A stretch of DNA of 64,000 nucleotides from Octopus vulgaris (taxonomy: Eukaryota). Within the stretch, counting starts at the first letter, position 1, and each line of letters starts with the position of its first letter. The stretch covers positions 682,001 to 746,000 of the forward strand of contig OX597838.1 in assembly GCA_951406725.2 (NCBI GenBank). Reading direction: 5' to 3'. Positions 1-13,952 of this stretch are shown one piece after another. Made by a program: the position numbers and the translations under genes. The notes under the pieces are model-generated. The model was not told the DNA's origin and ran no database searches. It saw only the letters and a program-made list of their open reading frames with translations.

Positions 1-698
1 AAAGTAAAACAATAGAGGTACACTTTATTAGGAAGCAAGCCCCTAACCCAAGCCGCCGTAACAAGCTGGATGCATGGAAACACGTCAACTGCTTCCAGGA
101 TCTTTAATCATGAATGAGCGAAAAACTAATCCTCAACAGGAAAGAGCAGAAAATAAGAATTAAAAAAGATTGATGAAGAATTATCGATTCGAAAATGATC
201 ACTAAATAAGCTCCAACACCCAGCAGCGAGGTTCACTTCAGTTCATACATTACATGGAGGGGTAAACTATCTGTCTTTCTATTGATCTATCGATCTGTCT
301 GTCTGCCTATCTAGTTATAGAATCACCAATCTGCCTGTCTACCCGTTTATTTATTTACCTACCTCTCTACGAATATTAATCCTTAAACCTTTAAAGCTAT
401 TATATCCGTGAACTTTTAAAAAACCTGTTTTAAAAAAATCAAACCCCTTTGTACCCGACTACCATTTATTGAACTTTATCCTGTTTTAATTATTTTATTT
501 AATTTTTATTGTATTTTCTCTTATCCCTCCCCACCCACCACCACTACCACCACCACCCATTCTACTAACAGTGTTACCCAGTTATCTTATTACAATTATG
601 CCTAGTATATCTAGCATATTATATTTAGCATATCTAGAGCGTGATAATTTGCATCTCTTGTCTATGTGTATGTAGAGTGTGTCATAAATAGTATGCCG

Positions 699-873
699 CT
701 AGCCACTACACATTCTTTATTTTCTCTCCTTGTTTCTTTCTGTGTTCCTTTCTTTGGAAGAGCGGAGGCTCGAAACGTTAAAGACTTTTTCACTTCCCGA
801 GTGCTATACTAATACATCTGTTTGTTGTCTACACCACCTGTCTTCGTCTTTTTTTTTTTTTTCGTGAATTCTA

Positions 874-876
<3 letters not shown>
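699..876 (+). mobile_element. Non-autonomous HHR-bearing element, family H1 (PLE pLTR-like monomer), copy 1
   Basis: Same sequence (tagccactacaca...tttctctccttgtttc...gagcgNaggctcgaaacgt...aatacatctgtttg...acaccacctgtcttcgtctttt...gtgaa) recurs at 15829-16021, 33765-33949 and reverse-complemented at 5850-5980. Each copy abuts (TA)n. Confidence 0.8.
748..783 (+). ncRNA. Type I hammerhead-like motif, H1 family (core decayed: CUUUGGA)
   Basis: cttt-CTTTGGA-A-gagc(ggag)gctc-GAAAC-GTT-aaag: helix I cttt/aaag, helix II gagc/gctc, palindromic ACGT helix III. Confidence 0.5.
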
Positions 877-936
<60 letters not shown>

Positions 937-944
937 ATAGGTAC

Positions 945-1160
945 TTGCTGTTTGACTTGAGGTTAGCTGCGTTGTTCAGGATTCATATCATTAAAGATTA
1001 AAGACACGCCATATATAACCAGTCCATCTTTCATTCGAGCACAGACTACCAAGGACTAAATTATCCAGTGAGACATTTTTTGTAGGGTGACAAAGTAGAT
1101 GGTTGATGGAGATTTGGCTGCTACTTCTAGTAGGTCAGGTGATCACTATGACTGGTCTCT
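945..1160 (+). mobile_element. Old dispersed SINE-like repeat, family C
   Basis: Motifs ggactaMattatccagtg and gatttggctgctaYttctag recur at about 7777-7890, 15085-15200, 27950-28060, 48315-48625 and (minus) 30850-30960. Confidence 0.55.
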
Positions 1161-1369
1161 ACCTCACAAATACCAAAATATGAAGCCATTATGAGAAATG
1201 TTTGTTTGTTACTTGACATAATTAAGGTCATCGAGTACATTCTGTGAAGTATTTAGTCAGTGTTGGTCATGTGGATCAAACTGTTGACAATCTAAAATGA
1301 AAGCCTCACGTTAAACATATTTCCACTCCCAACATCACAATGTGAGCAATTTAAACGGAAAGACACACT

Positions 1370-1400
<31 letters not shown>

Positions 1401-1497
1401 ACACACACATACACACACATACACACACATACACACACACAAACACGCTCACACGCACACATACGCGTGCACACACACATTTACACACACACTTATA

Positions 1498-1654
1498 GGC
1501 ACAGCAGTGACTGTGTGGTATAAAACATGCTTTCCGACCACATTGTTCCGGGTTCAGTCTCTCTGCGTGGCACCTCGGGCAGATGTCTTTTACTATAGCC
1601 TCGGGCAGACCATACCCTTCTGAATGGATTTGTTGACGGAAACTGAAAGAAGCC
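1498..1654 (+). mobile_element. tRNA-derived SINE family A, 5' half
   Basis: ggcacagcagtgactgtgtggt...ccgggttcagtc...actgaaagaagcc matches the full-length copy at 32896-33299. Confidence 0.85.
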
Positions 1655-1683
1655 TATATATACTCTGTGGAGTACGTCAAAAA

Positions 1684-2120
1684 TATAATTTGCCGAACTG
1701 CACGGCAAATATCAACACGAGGTTGGAGAGAGGCGAACAGTTCGGCCGATTATATTTACAGTTACATTCAAATGCCCTCGTTCCCTTTGCGGATCTATAT
1801 CTAGCGTAAGAGCGTCCACATAGTGGATTCTCTCATAGTTTTGTATTAATAATATTTACTGAATCCCAGTCTTTTATACGCTAAGCCACTTGGTGTTTGA
1901 ATTGGTGTTATTGAATTAATATCCAATTTTTTCACCCTTATTTTTACTTTAATTATAAATTAATATGTTCTCAAACTGGCAGTAAATTACTTATGGAGTA
2001 TTTATATCCGGGAATTTAGCGTGCCAGAACGAGGGCATTTGAATGTAACTGAATATAATCGGCCGAACTGTTCGCCTCTCTCCAACCTCGTGTTGACATT
2101 TGTCGTGCAGTTCGACAAAT

Positions 2121-2124
<4 letters not shown>
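1684..2124. mobile_element. Fold-back element with ~100-bp inverted arms, in TA-rich flanks
   Basis: 1684-1783 is the reverse complement of 2027-2124 with few differences; both arms translate to the same NTRLERGEQFGRLY string in the ORF track. Confidence 0.8.
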
Positions 2125-2156
<32 letters not shown>

Positions 2157-2911
2157 TGTGTGTATGTATGTATATATGTATGTATACATACACACATAAA
2201 CACGAGTGTATTCGTATGCGTAGTTCTTGCATGTATATACCTCCTTTATGTATATGACTTATTAATTAATAGCCATGGCCCTGTTTCTGAAATTATAGTA
2301 CCTGTACACTGCCTGTACAGATATCTGCATGAAGATATCATGCCCCCACCCCTGGGGTACTTTTATATAAAACACCAGGAACAGCATTTATGAGTCCTTG
2401 TCTATGTTCTGGTTATTATTGTTCTGGTAATCTTGGTCAAGAATCCTTATAGCATCTGAGGAACTAGTTTGGTCAAAAGTCAAAGACATTACTTGTAGAA
2501 TTATTTACCATTCGTTCCCAAACAAATATGGCGATAACTTGGTGTTTCTGCATCAAAATTGAAATGGATATTTTTTACTGATAAACGAAACATTTGAGAT
2601 CTATTTCGCCACACGGCTTGCATAGGCCTGATGAAGAAGTTGTAGCGTTGATGGTTTCCCTTGTTATATTTAGAGGGAGTAGTCTTCTAGCCCCTCTTTT
2701 TCACTGTAGCCCGGATGCACTTTTACTTTGAGTAGGGATCGCTGTATAAAGGACATTGCACTTGGATGTACTGGTGTTTAGAATTGGTTGCTATGGCACC
2801 TCTTCATCCTCTGTTGCTCTCACCATTATAAAAAATGGAATCTTTGTTAAAATGTGGGATACCTTTATGTGGCATATACATACATACACACACACATACA
2901 TACATATATAC

Positions 2912-2965
<54 letters not shown>

Positions 2966-3442
2966 GCACATATATATACATATATATATATTTACATACA
3001 CATACATAGGCATATATGTGTATGTATTCATTTATCTATGTGTGTATGTATATATAAGTATATGTGTGTGTATATACGTGTATACATACATGTATACATA
3101 CACACATATACATATTTACATAAACCTAGAAACCTACTCCCGTCTTGTAGGGCTCTTAAGAACGCTAAACAAAGTCCCTTTTCTCCAGACTTAATACACC
3201 CACATTTTCATGCTGTGCTGCACCTTATCCAGGGTGAGTGACACGGTAGGCTAACCTTGAACAAAATAACTATTTGATGAGTCACTTCAAGATTACGGAA
3301 ATTCTATAAGAAACAGGAAATTTTAGACGCCAAAATATGTCGAAATCAACCAACAAAGAATCCGGTGCAGTTGACATGTCATGGTGTACGATAGCACCAA
3401 AGGACAATAATTATTATTTCCTCTGGATAGTCCATCTCGCTC

Positions 3443-3495
<53 letters not shown>

Positions 3496-3498
3496 GTT

Positions 3499-3533
<35 letters not shown>

Positions 3534-3546
3534 CTCTATCTTTCTG

Positions 3547-3621
<75 letters not shown>

Positions 3622-3666
3622 GCACAAGACGTCACAAACTGTAAACAACATATATATGTATGTATG

Positions 3667-3715
<49 letters not shown>

Positions 3716-3818
3716 ATAATATAAAAGATGGAGGCGGAAAGAGCAGAGAATTAAGTCTAAAATATCTCAATTTAAGAAGGAAATTGATAAAAATAATTTT
3801 AAAAAATTATATAAAGAA

Positions 3819-3858
3819 AATATTACCGGTTTCAAAGTATCTCTTCTTATCAAATATC
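3819..3858 (-). ncRNA. Minimal type I hammerhead ribozyme, U3-A8 core variant
   Basis: Minus strand: gatat-TTGATAA-gaag(agata)cttt-GAAAC-cg-GTA-atatt. Helix I 5 bp, helix II 4 bp, palindromic helix III ACCGGT. Lies about 190 bp upstream of, and antisense to, a PLE RT fragment. Confidence 0.7.
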
Positions 3859-4047
3859 AGTAAAAATTTATAAAAATTTGAAGTAAAAACAGTTTACTTT
3901 CTATCTGGGGTGAAGAACATGCCGAGAGATTTTTCGTTGAAGTCTTCTTCAAATATAGTTTGGTATAGAGTTCAAAGTGTTAGAGAGTGAGAGGAGGGGT
4001 GTTTATTGTCTAAAAAGAAATCTTTATGTGTTCCTACCAAGGCACAA

Positions 4048-4870
4048 AAGATCCACGACCAATCTCTTCTAATATTTGCTGACACGTTTCATACATAACT
4101 CAGGAACAATTGGAAAAGATACCTGGATGATTGCTTTATTTTATGGCAGGAAAATATTGACAAGTTAACTGAATTCAACCTCAGCAATAGCATCCAATTC
4201 ACAATGGAGTTTAACCCCAAAAGAACTTACCTTTCTGGATATCCTAATCAAAAACCAAGATGGGAAAATAGAAACGGATATATTCCACAAACCCACCGAC
4301 CCCAAACAGTCTTTTCACATCATGTCACCCGAAACACACCAAACTCAGCATTCCCTTCAGCCTGGCAAAACAAATTTGTACCCTAGTACCAGATTCATCC
4401 AAACGTAAACAAAGACGAGAGGAAGTGGAGGATACACTTATCCAAAGAACTTTTCCTCTTTGCAGAATCACCAACGGAATAAAGAAGGCGAAACAAATGG
4501 ATATCAATGAGCTTAGGAAAACAAAACACAAAAGAAGGGAAAATGTCTTGGCATTCATGTCAACCTTCAATCTCAGGAACACCGAAATATTTTATCACAT
4601 CCACAAAAACCTCCCCATCTTATTTGCAGAAAAATCTTAGAAAAACAACAAATCATCAAAAGCAGAGGGCAGCCCCAAACACTAAAACTCATTCTCAGTG
4701 AAGCAAAAAGGCACAGAGAAACTTCCAACCCAACGGTCACAAAATGAGGGAGCACAGACTGTGGCACTTGCCGTTCCCTAATTGAAGGGCCAGAATTTAA
4801 ATTCAAAGATGACCAAACCTTCAAAGTCAAGTCCAATCTCACCTATAACGCGGAAAACCTGAACTATAAT
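4048..4870 (+). mobile_element. Penelope-like retroelement fragment (RT C-terminal half, thumb and Cys linker before GIY-YIG); frameshifted
   Basis: Manual translation across frameshifts gives WKRYLDDCFILW, IQFTME, LTFLDILI, IETDIFHKPTD, SCHPKHTKLSIPFSLA and DCGTCRSLIEGPEFKFKDDQTFKVKSNLT. These are typical PLE RT motifs. Confidence 0.88.
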
Positions 4871-5007
4871 CACACACACACACACACACACACACTTTAT
4901 TGTATCTATTATTGTTGAGATCCATCAAAGAACTTCTCTGCAATGAATGCTGTCCACCTGGAAGCGTTCGGTTGTTCCCAATAAAACATTATTTGCTTAC
5001 CTTTTTC

Positions 5008-5078
<71 letters not shown>

Positions 5079-5334
5079 ACAAAGAGGAGGGGGAGCCGAA
5101 AATTCCCTGACTTTGGGTAAAAGAAAATTCAGGAGGATCAGTTAATTATGAATTTCAATCACCATATTCCCCTCCCCTCAGATTCACACACTTATTGCAG
5201 CGGTCCTTCAGTGTTTCTAAGCCCTGTAAAAGAACTCGGAAAGTTGGGCCCCGAACCAGGCCTCACGTGGTACATTTAAAGCCAGGAACTTTTCATCATC
5301 CCCTCTTCTATGTATGTATCTATGTATGTATGTA

Positions 5335-5400
5335 TGTGCAGATTTGTATGTTTTATGTATGCATATTGTTGCATATCTAGTCATATATATTTGAATGATA
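5335..5400 (-). mobile_element. Short 3'-UTR remnant of the R4/Dong family
   Basis: tgcagatttgtatgttttatgtat...gttgcatatctag...aatgata matches 20486-20560 and 62864-62950; flanked by (TATG)n. Confidence 0.55.
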
Positions 5401-5462
5401 TATGTATGTATTTATACACACACACACAAATGGTTGCTGATGAATATATATACATATGTATG

Positions 5463-5495
<33 letters not shown>

Positions 5496-5520
5496 CATAA
5501 AATACACACCGATATATATT

Positions 5521-5614
<94 letters not shown>

Positions 5615-5679
5615 TATGCATATATACATATATATATGTACATACTTACAACTATACGTATATATATATATATGCATAT

Positions 5680-5980
5680 GTGGGCACAGGGCGTCATGAA
5701 GAGTGTACAACAACAACAAAAATACGAAGTACGAGTACATGGAATATGAACTATTCTTTCGAACAACGAAAGACACAAATAGAAAACAAGAGAAACAACA
5801 TAAAGAACGACCCTTCATCAGTTGTTGACTGTTTTTCTACTCTCGAAATTTTTAGAAAAACAAAAGACGAAGACAGGTGTATTAAACAACAAACAGATAT
5901 ATTAGGTAGACGCTCGGGAAGGTGAGAAAGTTTTTGAGGTTTCGAGCCTACACTCTTCAATAGAAAGAAACACGAGGAAA
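5680..5980 (-). mobile_element. Composite: H1 element (decayed HHR at 5932-5967) joined to a second module ending ...tgacgccctgtgcccac
   Basis: 5850-5980 is the reverse complement of H1. 5680-5850 is homologous to 20900-21075 (opposite strand) and 3618-3650. Confidence 0.7.
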
Positions 5981-6000
5981 TATATATATATATAAGTAAG

Positions 6001-6039
<39 letters not shown>

Positions 6040-6058
6040 TACTACATACATATATATA

Positions 6059-6094
<36 letters not shown>

Positions 6095-6097
6095 TAA

Positions 6098-6140
<43 letters not shown>

Positions 6141-6143
6141 CAA

Positions 6144-6202
<59 letters not shown>

Positions 6203-6226
6203 TATACTATATATATATTATATATA

Positions 6227-6311
<85 letters not shown>

Positions 6312-6804
6312 CGTATTAATTAACAGGGGTTGAATTTCGTATTAGACCTATTCTTTTTCCTATTTTTCAACTGCATCCAATTTGAAGTGAAGCAATTTTC
6401 ACCTGGAAAGAAACATCAATTCACCCATTTCTGTCACGCTTAATAAACATGTTAGCCAAGCTGGACTTGTGCATTCTCCTTGGGAAGCGAAAACACCACT
6501 AAACCCCAGTTTGGATTCCTTAAATTTCAAATGTTTGTTTTGCGATTTTTACCTTGGAAACGAGTTTAGAAACAACGACGGCGAGGTCAACAACAACAAC
6601 AACACCGACCACAACAACAGCAACAACAACAGCAGCAGCAATAATTCCAGATCACAACTAAAAAATAACTTCTCTATTTTGTTAACAATCATAAAAACAT
6701 CATCGGAACAATTACCAGCACCACCAGCCACCACACCACCACCACCACCACCACCGCCGCCGCCATCAACCAAAACCATCAACCAAAACCACCTCCAACA
6801 CCAA

Positions 6805-6867
<63 letters not shown>

Positions 6868-7035
6868 CACAAAGGTGTAAAAAAGACAATCAGCTGAACA
6901 TCTGTTGTCTCTAATGTTGATATTTCATAGGAGAATCTGTTCTGACTGTTGTTGTTGTTAATGTTAATAACCGTGGTTGGAGTTGTTGCTGTATTTACTG
7001 CTTCTGTGATTATTGTTGTTGATGTGGTTGGAAAT

Positions 7036-7092
<57 letters not shown>

Positions 7093-7137
7093 AACAACAA
7101 CAACAACCACAACTACTACTACTACTACTACTACTAC

Positions 7138-7170
<33 letters not shown>

Positions 7171-7172
<2 letters not shown>

Positions 7173-7284
7173 CGCCGAGGTCGATTTTGTCCTTAATCCT
7201 TTCAGGGTCGATAAATTGACGACCAACCAGTGAAACACGGGCATCGATGTAATTAACTATTCCCCTCTCCCCCAGATAGGAAGG

Positions 7285-7285
<1 letters not shown>
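7171..7285 (+). mobile_element. SINE family B, 5'-truncated, flanked by (ATT)n
   Basis: ccgccgaggtcgattttgtccttaatcctttcagggtcgataaa is the reverse complement of the central part of the copies at 32200-32407 and 44641-44850. Confidence 0.8.
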
Positions 7286-7334
<49 letters not shown>

Positions 7335-7337
7335 TAC

Positions 7338-7368
<31 letters not shown>

Positions 7369-9438
7369 GACCGCTTTCTTACCTTATTTTCCGAAATAGT
7401 TGTACTTCCGGTTGTGTAAGACTGATACTTCCGTTGTCATCAACTGACTATATTCCTGTTGGCGTTTGTACTATAAAACTGTCAATATCTTCGTTCTACA
7501 AAACAAGCATCATAGCCACTGCATCATCGTATGGAAATCACCACGCGTTCATGTAATGTCCAACGGTGGATCATCTTCCGGTACAATCCATGTGGCATCA
7601 ACACCCAACAAGTCAACTTCCGGGTAGTAAAGTAGCATCCATATACAAACTTCCGGTACCACACATTACTTGTTTACTTCCGGTTACCATCCAAATATTG
7701 GTCGTTCAGAGAAAGCTTGCACATGTAAACATCCGGGTACTATAAACCACTGCAACAACTTCCTGTAAACACTTATTGTTGTTGTTCAGCCCTAGGTCTG
7801 CCCAGTTGAGCAGGCCCATGATAAAAACTGTCTGTGGTAGTCTCCGCCTTCTCATGGGCATAGTATATCTAGGACTACATTAAGCAATGCGTTTACTAAT
7901 TCCACACTCAGATCAAATTCATAGTACGGTGTCAGTTGTATAAACTTCCGAATACCATTTTAGCATTAATGGTTCCTCCGGTAGATGGCATTGGATGTAA
8001 GACTCCTTATCCGAGTGTAACAATGCCATTGTCACTAGGTCAGCTTGTTGTTGATGTTGTTGTCATTGCTGAAAAGAACAATATTCTTGGTGATCCCTCC
8101 TCCAGTTGAACCCCTTAACCTGCCTTACGTTTTTCATGAATATCAATGTCGAGTACAATCTTACTCAGTATAGCCATACCAAGAGTACTTGCAGGTACTC
8201 ACTGTAACATTTAATTAAACGAGTACTCCTTTGTGTCGAAATTTCATTTATCCTTCAAGTTATAAACTCAGCCGCTGCCCGCGAGGATTGAAACCGTGTA
8301 CTCCGAGTGTCTTTCAAAGTACGAAGGATTCGCCCATTGTTTGCCCTTCGTGGCTTTGTTGTTGTCGATTTAATTGTAACTTTTGTTGTTGCTGTTTCTG
8401 GTGTTGAGATTCGTTTATATTCTCGTTGCTGTTGGTGATGATGATGATGATGATGATGATGAGAAGGGAGGAGAAGGAGGAGGAGGAGGAAGAGGAGAAG
8501 GCGGAGGGTGATGCTGGTAATGGCAGTGTTTATGCTGATGGTGATGCTCAACGCACCCTCCTCGCAAAGTCCACCATTTTCTTCGCCCCACCCCCATGAC
8601 CGCTGCTGAGTGAACGGTTGAAAGGGGGGAAGGGGTGAGAACAGTGGGGTGGGGAGGGGGCATAATACCTGACACTATGAAATACCCCTCCGGGTAATGA
8701 TGGCCCCATGGGGTGATGTCCAGAAAGGTTATCCTGTTTGTCTTTCTCTACAACAACATGCTCTGATCAACAAATGACTTCCTTCCCACAATGCATTGCT
8801 CGTTCATCTGTCAGGAACCCATGGCCTTCCGACGTTACTTCCGTTTTCGAAGCTTGAAACCATGGTTACAGAAAATTGTCAATTCTCCCTATCTGTGTGT
8901 AAGTGCGTGTTGGTTACCTGTGTGCGAGTGTTTGTGCATGCATGTGAGTGGGTGTGTGTGTGTATGTTTGTGTGTATATGTGTGCGTGAGTGTCTTTGTA
9001 TGTGGTTGCTTGCATGTCTGTGCTTGGCCATATATATATATGCGTGTGCGTTTGTTTAAATGGACGCGTGGGTGTATGCATGCTCGTGTATGCGTGTGTG
9101 GGTGTGTAGATATCATTCCCTCTACGCTGACGTTTGATGTTGCGTTTAAAGAGGATGTATACACACGTGTGCATGATTGAGTTGTGCACATATGTGTATG
9201 CGTATGCGCGACTGCATTATATACATGCTTGTCTGTATATATACGTGTGCATGTATGTATATGTATTTGTGTGTATATGTATGTGTGTGTGCGCGTGTAC
9301 ATATATGCATGTATCTATCTGCTAAAAAAAAACTTTCGCCAGTCGCCGCCGCCCTCCGAGCTTTACCCCCACCACCGTCTAAATGCACGGCAACACAATA
9401 AAACACACTCTGCCCTACATTGACAAGATATATATATG

Positions 9439-9525
<87 letters not shown>

Positions 9526-9764
9526 GCATATACATATACATATATGTGTATACACACACATAGAGATATTTATGTGTATATAAACATACATGTACATATG
9601 TGTATGCATGCGTGTATGTGTGCGTGGGGGATGTTTGTGCATGTGTATATGTGTGCGTATATATAATATTTAGCTCTCATTGCTAAATGTTATGAAGTTC
9701 CTGATTCATATTAATGCTGTTGTTATTGATGTTGGGGTTTCGAGATGATGATGATGATGATGAC

Positions 9765-9798
<34 letters not shown>

Positions 9799-9972
9799 TT
9801 GTCATATCTTTAGTAGGAAGTTTGTTATTGTTGTTGGTGTTGTTGCATCTTTAATGGCGACTGACATTTGGCTGCTTGATAACGGGGAGGAAAGCAGTGA
9901 CGTCGGAAAATCAATAGGCGGACATACAGCTATGTACATATACGCACAACACATACATACATACATACGTAC

Positions 9973-10015
<43 letters not shown>

Positions 10016-10016
10016 A

Positions 10017-10047
<31 letters not shown>

Positions 10048-10052
10048 CATAA

Positions 10053-10095
<43 letters not shown>

Positions 10096-10130
10096 CGTGT
10101 GTGTGTGTGTGCGTATATCTATGGTTTTAT

Positions 10131-10181
<51 letters not shown>

Positions 10182-10289
10182 TAGATAGATAATAGATAGA
10201 TGATGGATGGATGGATGGATAGATATATATATATATATATAGATCGATAGATAGATAGATGGATAGATAGATAGATAGATAGATGGATG

Positions 10290-10368
<79 letters not shown>

Positions 10369-11123
10369 GTAGATATAGATATAGATATATAGATATGTAT
10401 GTATATGTATATATGCACGCATATATGTATACTTTTCTATATATATGTGTGTCTGTGTGCGTAGCGATCCATCAAAGGGCAGAGTCAGTTGAAATCTATC
10501 AATAAAAACTTCAGTTGATGTTATCAAATCAACACAATTTCCTATTTCTTGTGATTGGTGGCGTTGGTGGTGGGGGAGGGTCTGCTGGTGGTGGCGACGG
10601 GGTGCATGTGGGGGGGGGCACTGGGGCTGACGATGGCGGTGGCGGTGTGGATGTAGGGATGGCGGTGGTGGTAATGTAGAAGTAGGGAGCGGGCTGGGGG
10701 ATGGCGGTGGTGGGTCTGTGATGTAGCTGTGCCTTGGTGATGGTGGTGGTGGTGGTGGTGGTGGTGCCGGTGGGGTGGCGTTCTTGGCCATGGGGCTTGT
10801 GTATAGGTAATAGTTGTAGGGTGGTGGGTGGTGCTGATGGTGGTGATGCTGTTGTAGTGGAGATAGTGGTCTTGATATTTGTGTAGGACCGTGGTAGTGG
10901 GGCGGTGGCGCGGTGGCAGCTGTGGTTGTGGCTGTGGTAGCGATGGTTTGTAATTGTATAAAAGGCGTGGCAGCTGCCCGGCGTGTGGGTGGGTGGGTGT
11001 GTGGGTGGGTTTGGGGTGACTGTGTGTGTGTGATTGACGTTTTTGTTTATAGACTGATGCAAAGGGGGAGGGGCAGAGGGAGAAGATGTAGGAGAGTGGA
11101 AGGGGTGGGGGTGACAGAAAAAG

Positions 11124-11154
<31 letters not shown>

Positions 11155-11275
11155 GCCAATAACAAGAACAACAACGGGAGCAGTGACAACAATATCAGCT
11201 GTAACTATAGCAACATCGATAACATTACGATATCAACAATAACAAGAACAACGGCATCAACAACAACAAGTACAA

Positions 11276-11317
<42 letters not shown>

Positions 11318-13921
11318 AATCAACAACAAAAACAATAACATCGATAGTAAACACAAGTTGTAGTAGTAGTAGTAGTGGTAGTAGTTGTTGTTGTTGTTTA
11401 GCCCTAGGCTGGTCACTCCTCATCACTTCCGGTTTTCTCCTATTTCTGTGATATGATTCCTCGACGTTCATGGTTTCTCCGAGGCCGTCTGTTTGAATGG
11501 CTCTCACGGAGAATTGAACCCGGTCCGTAATGTCTCCCGAGTGACACACTGCTGGATCAGTTCTTAATCGCGAGGAACTCATTAAATCAATGTAATGTTT
11601 CATAGGGTGAGGTGTGATGTTGTGATGTTGATCCTTTTCTGGACATCATCCACCCACCCACCCTACCTGCCAAGATCTGTAATGGTTCTTTTATTGTGGG
11701 GGAGACGACGGTGTGAGTGGGGGATGTGATGTCGCAACATTGATGCCTTTCCCATAAAACATTAACAACATGAGTGATTTACTTTCTGCTGGAAATTAAC
11801 CCAGTGAAAGCTGCTCAACTTTTGCTTCCCTGGGATTCGAACTCATCCGACAATAACGTTTATTTATCAGTTAGGGAGGCATGGAAGGAGCAGAGAGAGG
11901 GAAGAAAGAAAGAAAGAAAGAGAGGAGGAAGGAGGTTATTCTGAAAACGGAGGCCAGGTCCAAAAGTGTCCCTTAAAACCAGTTCAAAATCAGGTGATGC
12001 TACAACAAGCAACAGTTTATGTCGACCACCAAATTTAGTTTAAGAGGAGCGAATTGCACGTATTACATAACTGGTATTTATGTAAGCAAACTCTCAGAGA
12101 TGAATGGTAAATGTGAAATTTAAACATTGAAAAGTAACTATAGCAACCGAGCCTTCTATACTGACGTAAGTAACCATCGCAACAGTCTATTCGGATGTAA
12201 ACTAACTCCGCATTCCAAAAATCCCTTTCTACCCTGAAAGTTAATACCCTGCTTGTTGATCTTAGATTTTGGTTATCAATGTTGCTCTTACTGCCAAGCT
12301 TTCTGGCAACAGAATCAGTCAGCACCCCAACTTTGGTGCTGAGTTAGTTAGTTACACAACCCAGAGCCCAGATAATTACAGGTATAAATCTTATATTCTA
12401 GTTGTAGTTTTTACAGATTTCTCGTTAATTCAACAGAAATGTTTTATTTTTCACTTATCTTTAACACTGATACCTATTGGCCAATTTGATTGTCCCAGAT
12501 CATTTTTTTAGGTCTGCTATGCCTAGATTTTACCGAAATTTTAACAGGACTATTCTCCACCAGTATTCTTTCAGAGTTGATTGCGACCCAAGACCCCTAT
12601 GTCACAGCAGCTTCGGATATTTTCATCTTCAGGACGATCCTCCCGATGGATTGGATTCTGCAGTATTTTGGTCGCGGCATCATGTCTCACAGGTAGGTAT
12701 TTAGGCGATGACACCTTTTAGACAGTTATCAATAAGCTGGATTATCTTCCATGTTAATCCTACAGCGCTCATCTTTATCCCTTTTCTCCATTTTGTTAAT
12801 TCTTATTCCTTTATTGTAAAATCTTCTCCACCAAAGTGAAACTAGTATCTCCGTTGTTGGTCCAAGAAGGCTGATACTCTGACCTGCTGACAAACTGGAA
12901 GTATTTCCCCTCTTATTTCCTTGTTGGCTGAGTATACCTGGTCATTAATCATAGAATACTTTCCTCGGAGTTCCTTTTTCATCCTCATGATATCATTTGT
13001 CACGTTTAATCATTTAGTCTCAAGTCAGCCCGAGTCGCGAAGACACGGGCCATCCTGTCATTTCAGGCAGTTTATCACAATAATACTTGGTTGTTATTTA
13101 AAGACGTCTGCTTACGACAGATTTGGCTGCTATTGACTCAGAGTTTCATATTTGTGTGATGCTGTGATGTTCATCCGTTGTTATGAGACAAGTGAAGAGA
13201 AACTGATATCAAGCGTCCTTCAGGTCTCACTTCTCTTGGAACAGCTGTTGTGATGTTCATGCCTCGCTGAATGATGGATGAAATAGAGTGGAACCGTCGT
13301 AGCGAGATTTGAAATTGAAATATCTCCCCTTTATTCCACGGTACATCATGCTGCCACAACCACCTCAGCATCACTACTGCCGCTCTAACCATGACTACCA
13401 CCACCACCAACTATAATAACAGTACTATCACCGCTACCACTATCATTACACCGCCGACATCTCCATCCTACCACCACCACCACTACACCGTCAACACCTC
13501 CATCATACCACCACAACCATCATCCCCACCACCACCACCTCCACCACAACCACCAAAAACAATAACAACAACAACGTCGACAACGACGATGTCGACACAA
13601 CCACCTTTGTCCATCTTAACACGGAAAATGTTCTGGATAGTTCTGTTGCTAGGGGACAGCCTCACAGCAATATTTGTCTTGTAAACATACACACACACAC
13701 ACACACACACAAACGTATTGGGGTTATGTATGACTGAATTTATGGATGTGTGGATACCTTTGTATGCACATACATACATACATACATATATGTATATATA
13801 TATATATTATATATGTATATATATGTATATATGTATGTATATGTATATATATATGTGTGTATGTACATGTGTGTGTGTGTATATATATATGCATATACAT
13901 GTCTATATCTATCTATATGAC

Positions 13922-13952
<31 letters not shown>

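Noticed and set aside
3268-3312. TTGATGA...GAAAT..ATA hammerhead-like string
   Set aside because: Helix I does not pair and helix II is offset.
7139-7370. Idea that SINE B is mobilised by the TAA-targeting Dong family
   Set aside because: Its flanks are (ATT)n on the sense strand, opposite to the (AAT)n beside the Dong fragment at 52116; tail similarity is too short.
7383-7762. Recoded exon whose stops are repaired by A-to-I editing or read as selenocysteine
   Set aside because: Stops of mixed type occur in every frame and no single frame gives a recognisable protein.
9802-10791. 329-aa ORF and overlapping Pro/His/Thr-rich ORFs
   Set aside because: Translation of (GGT)n, (GATA)n and (TA)n repeats; no domain signal.
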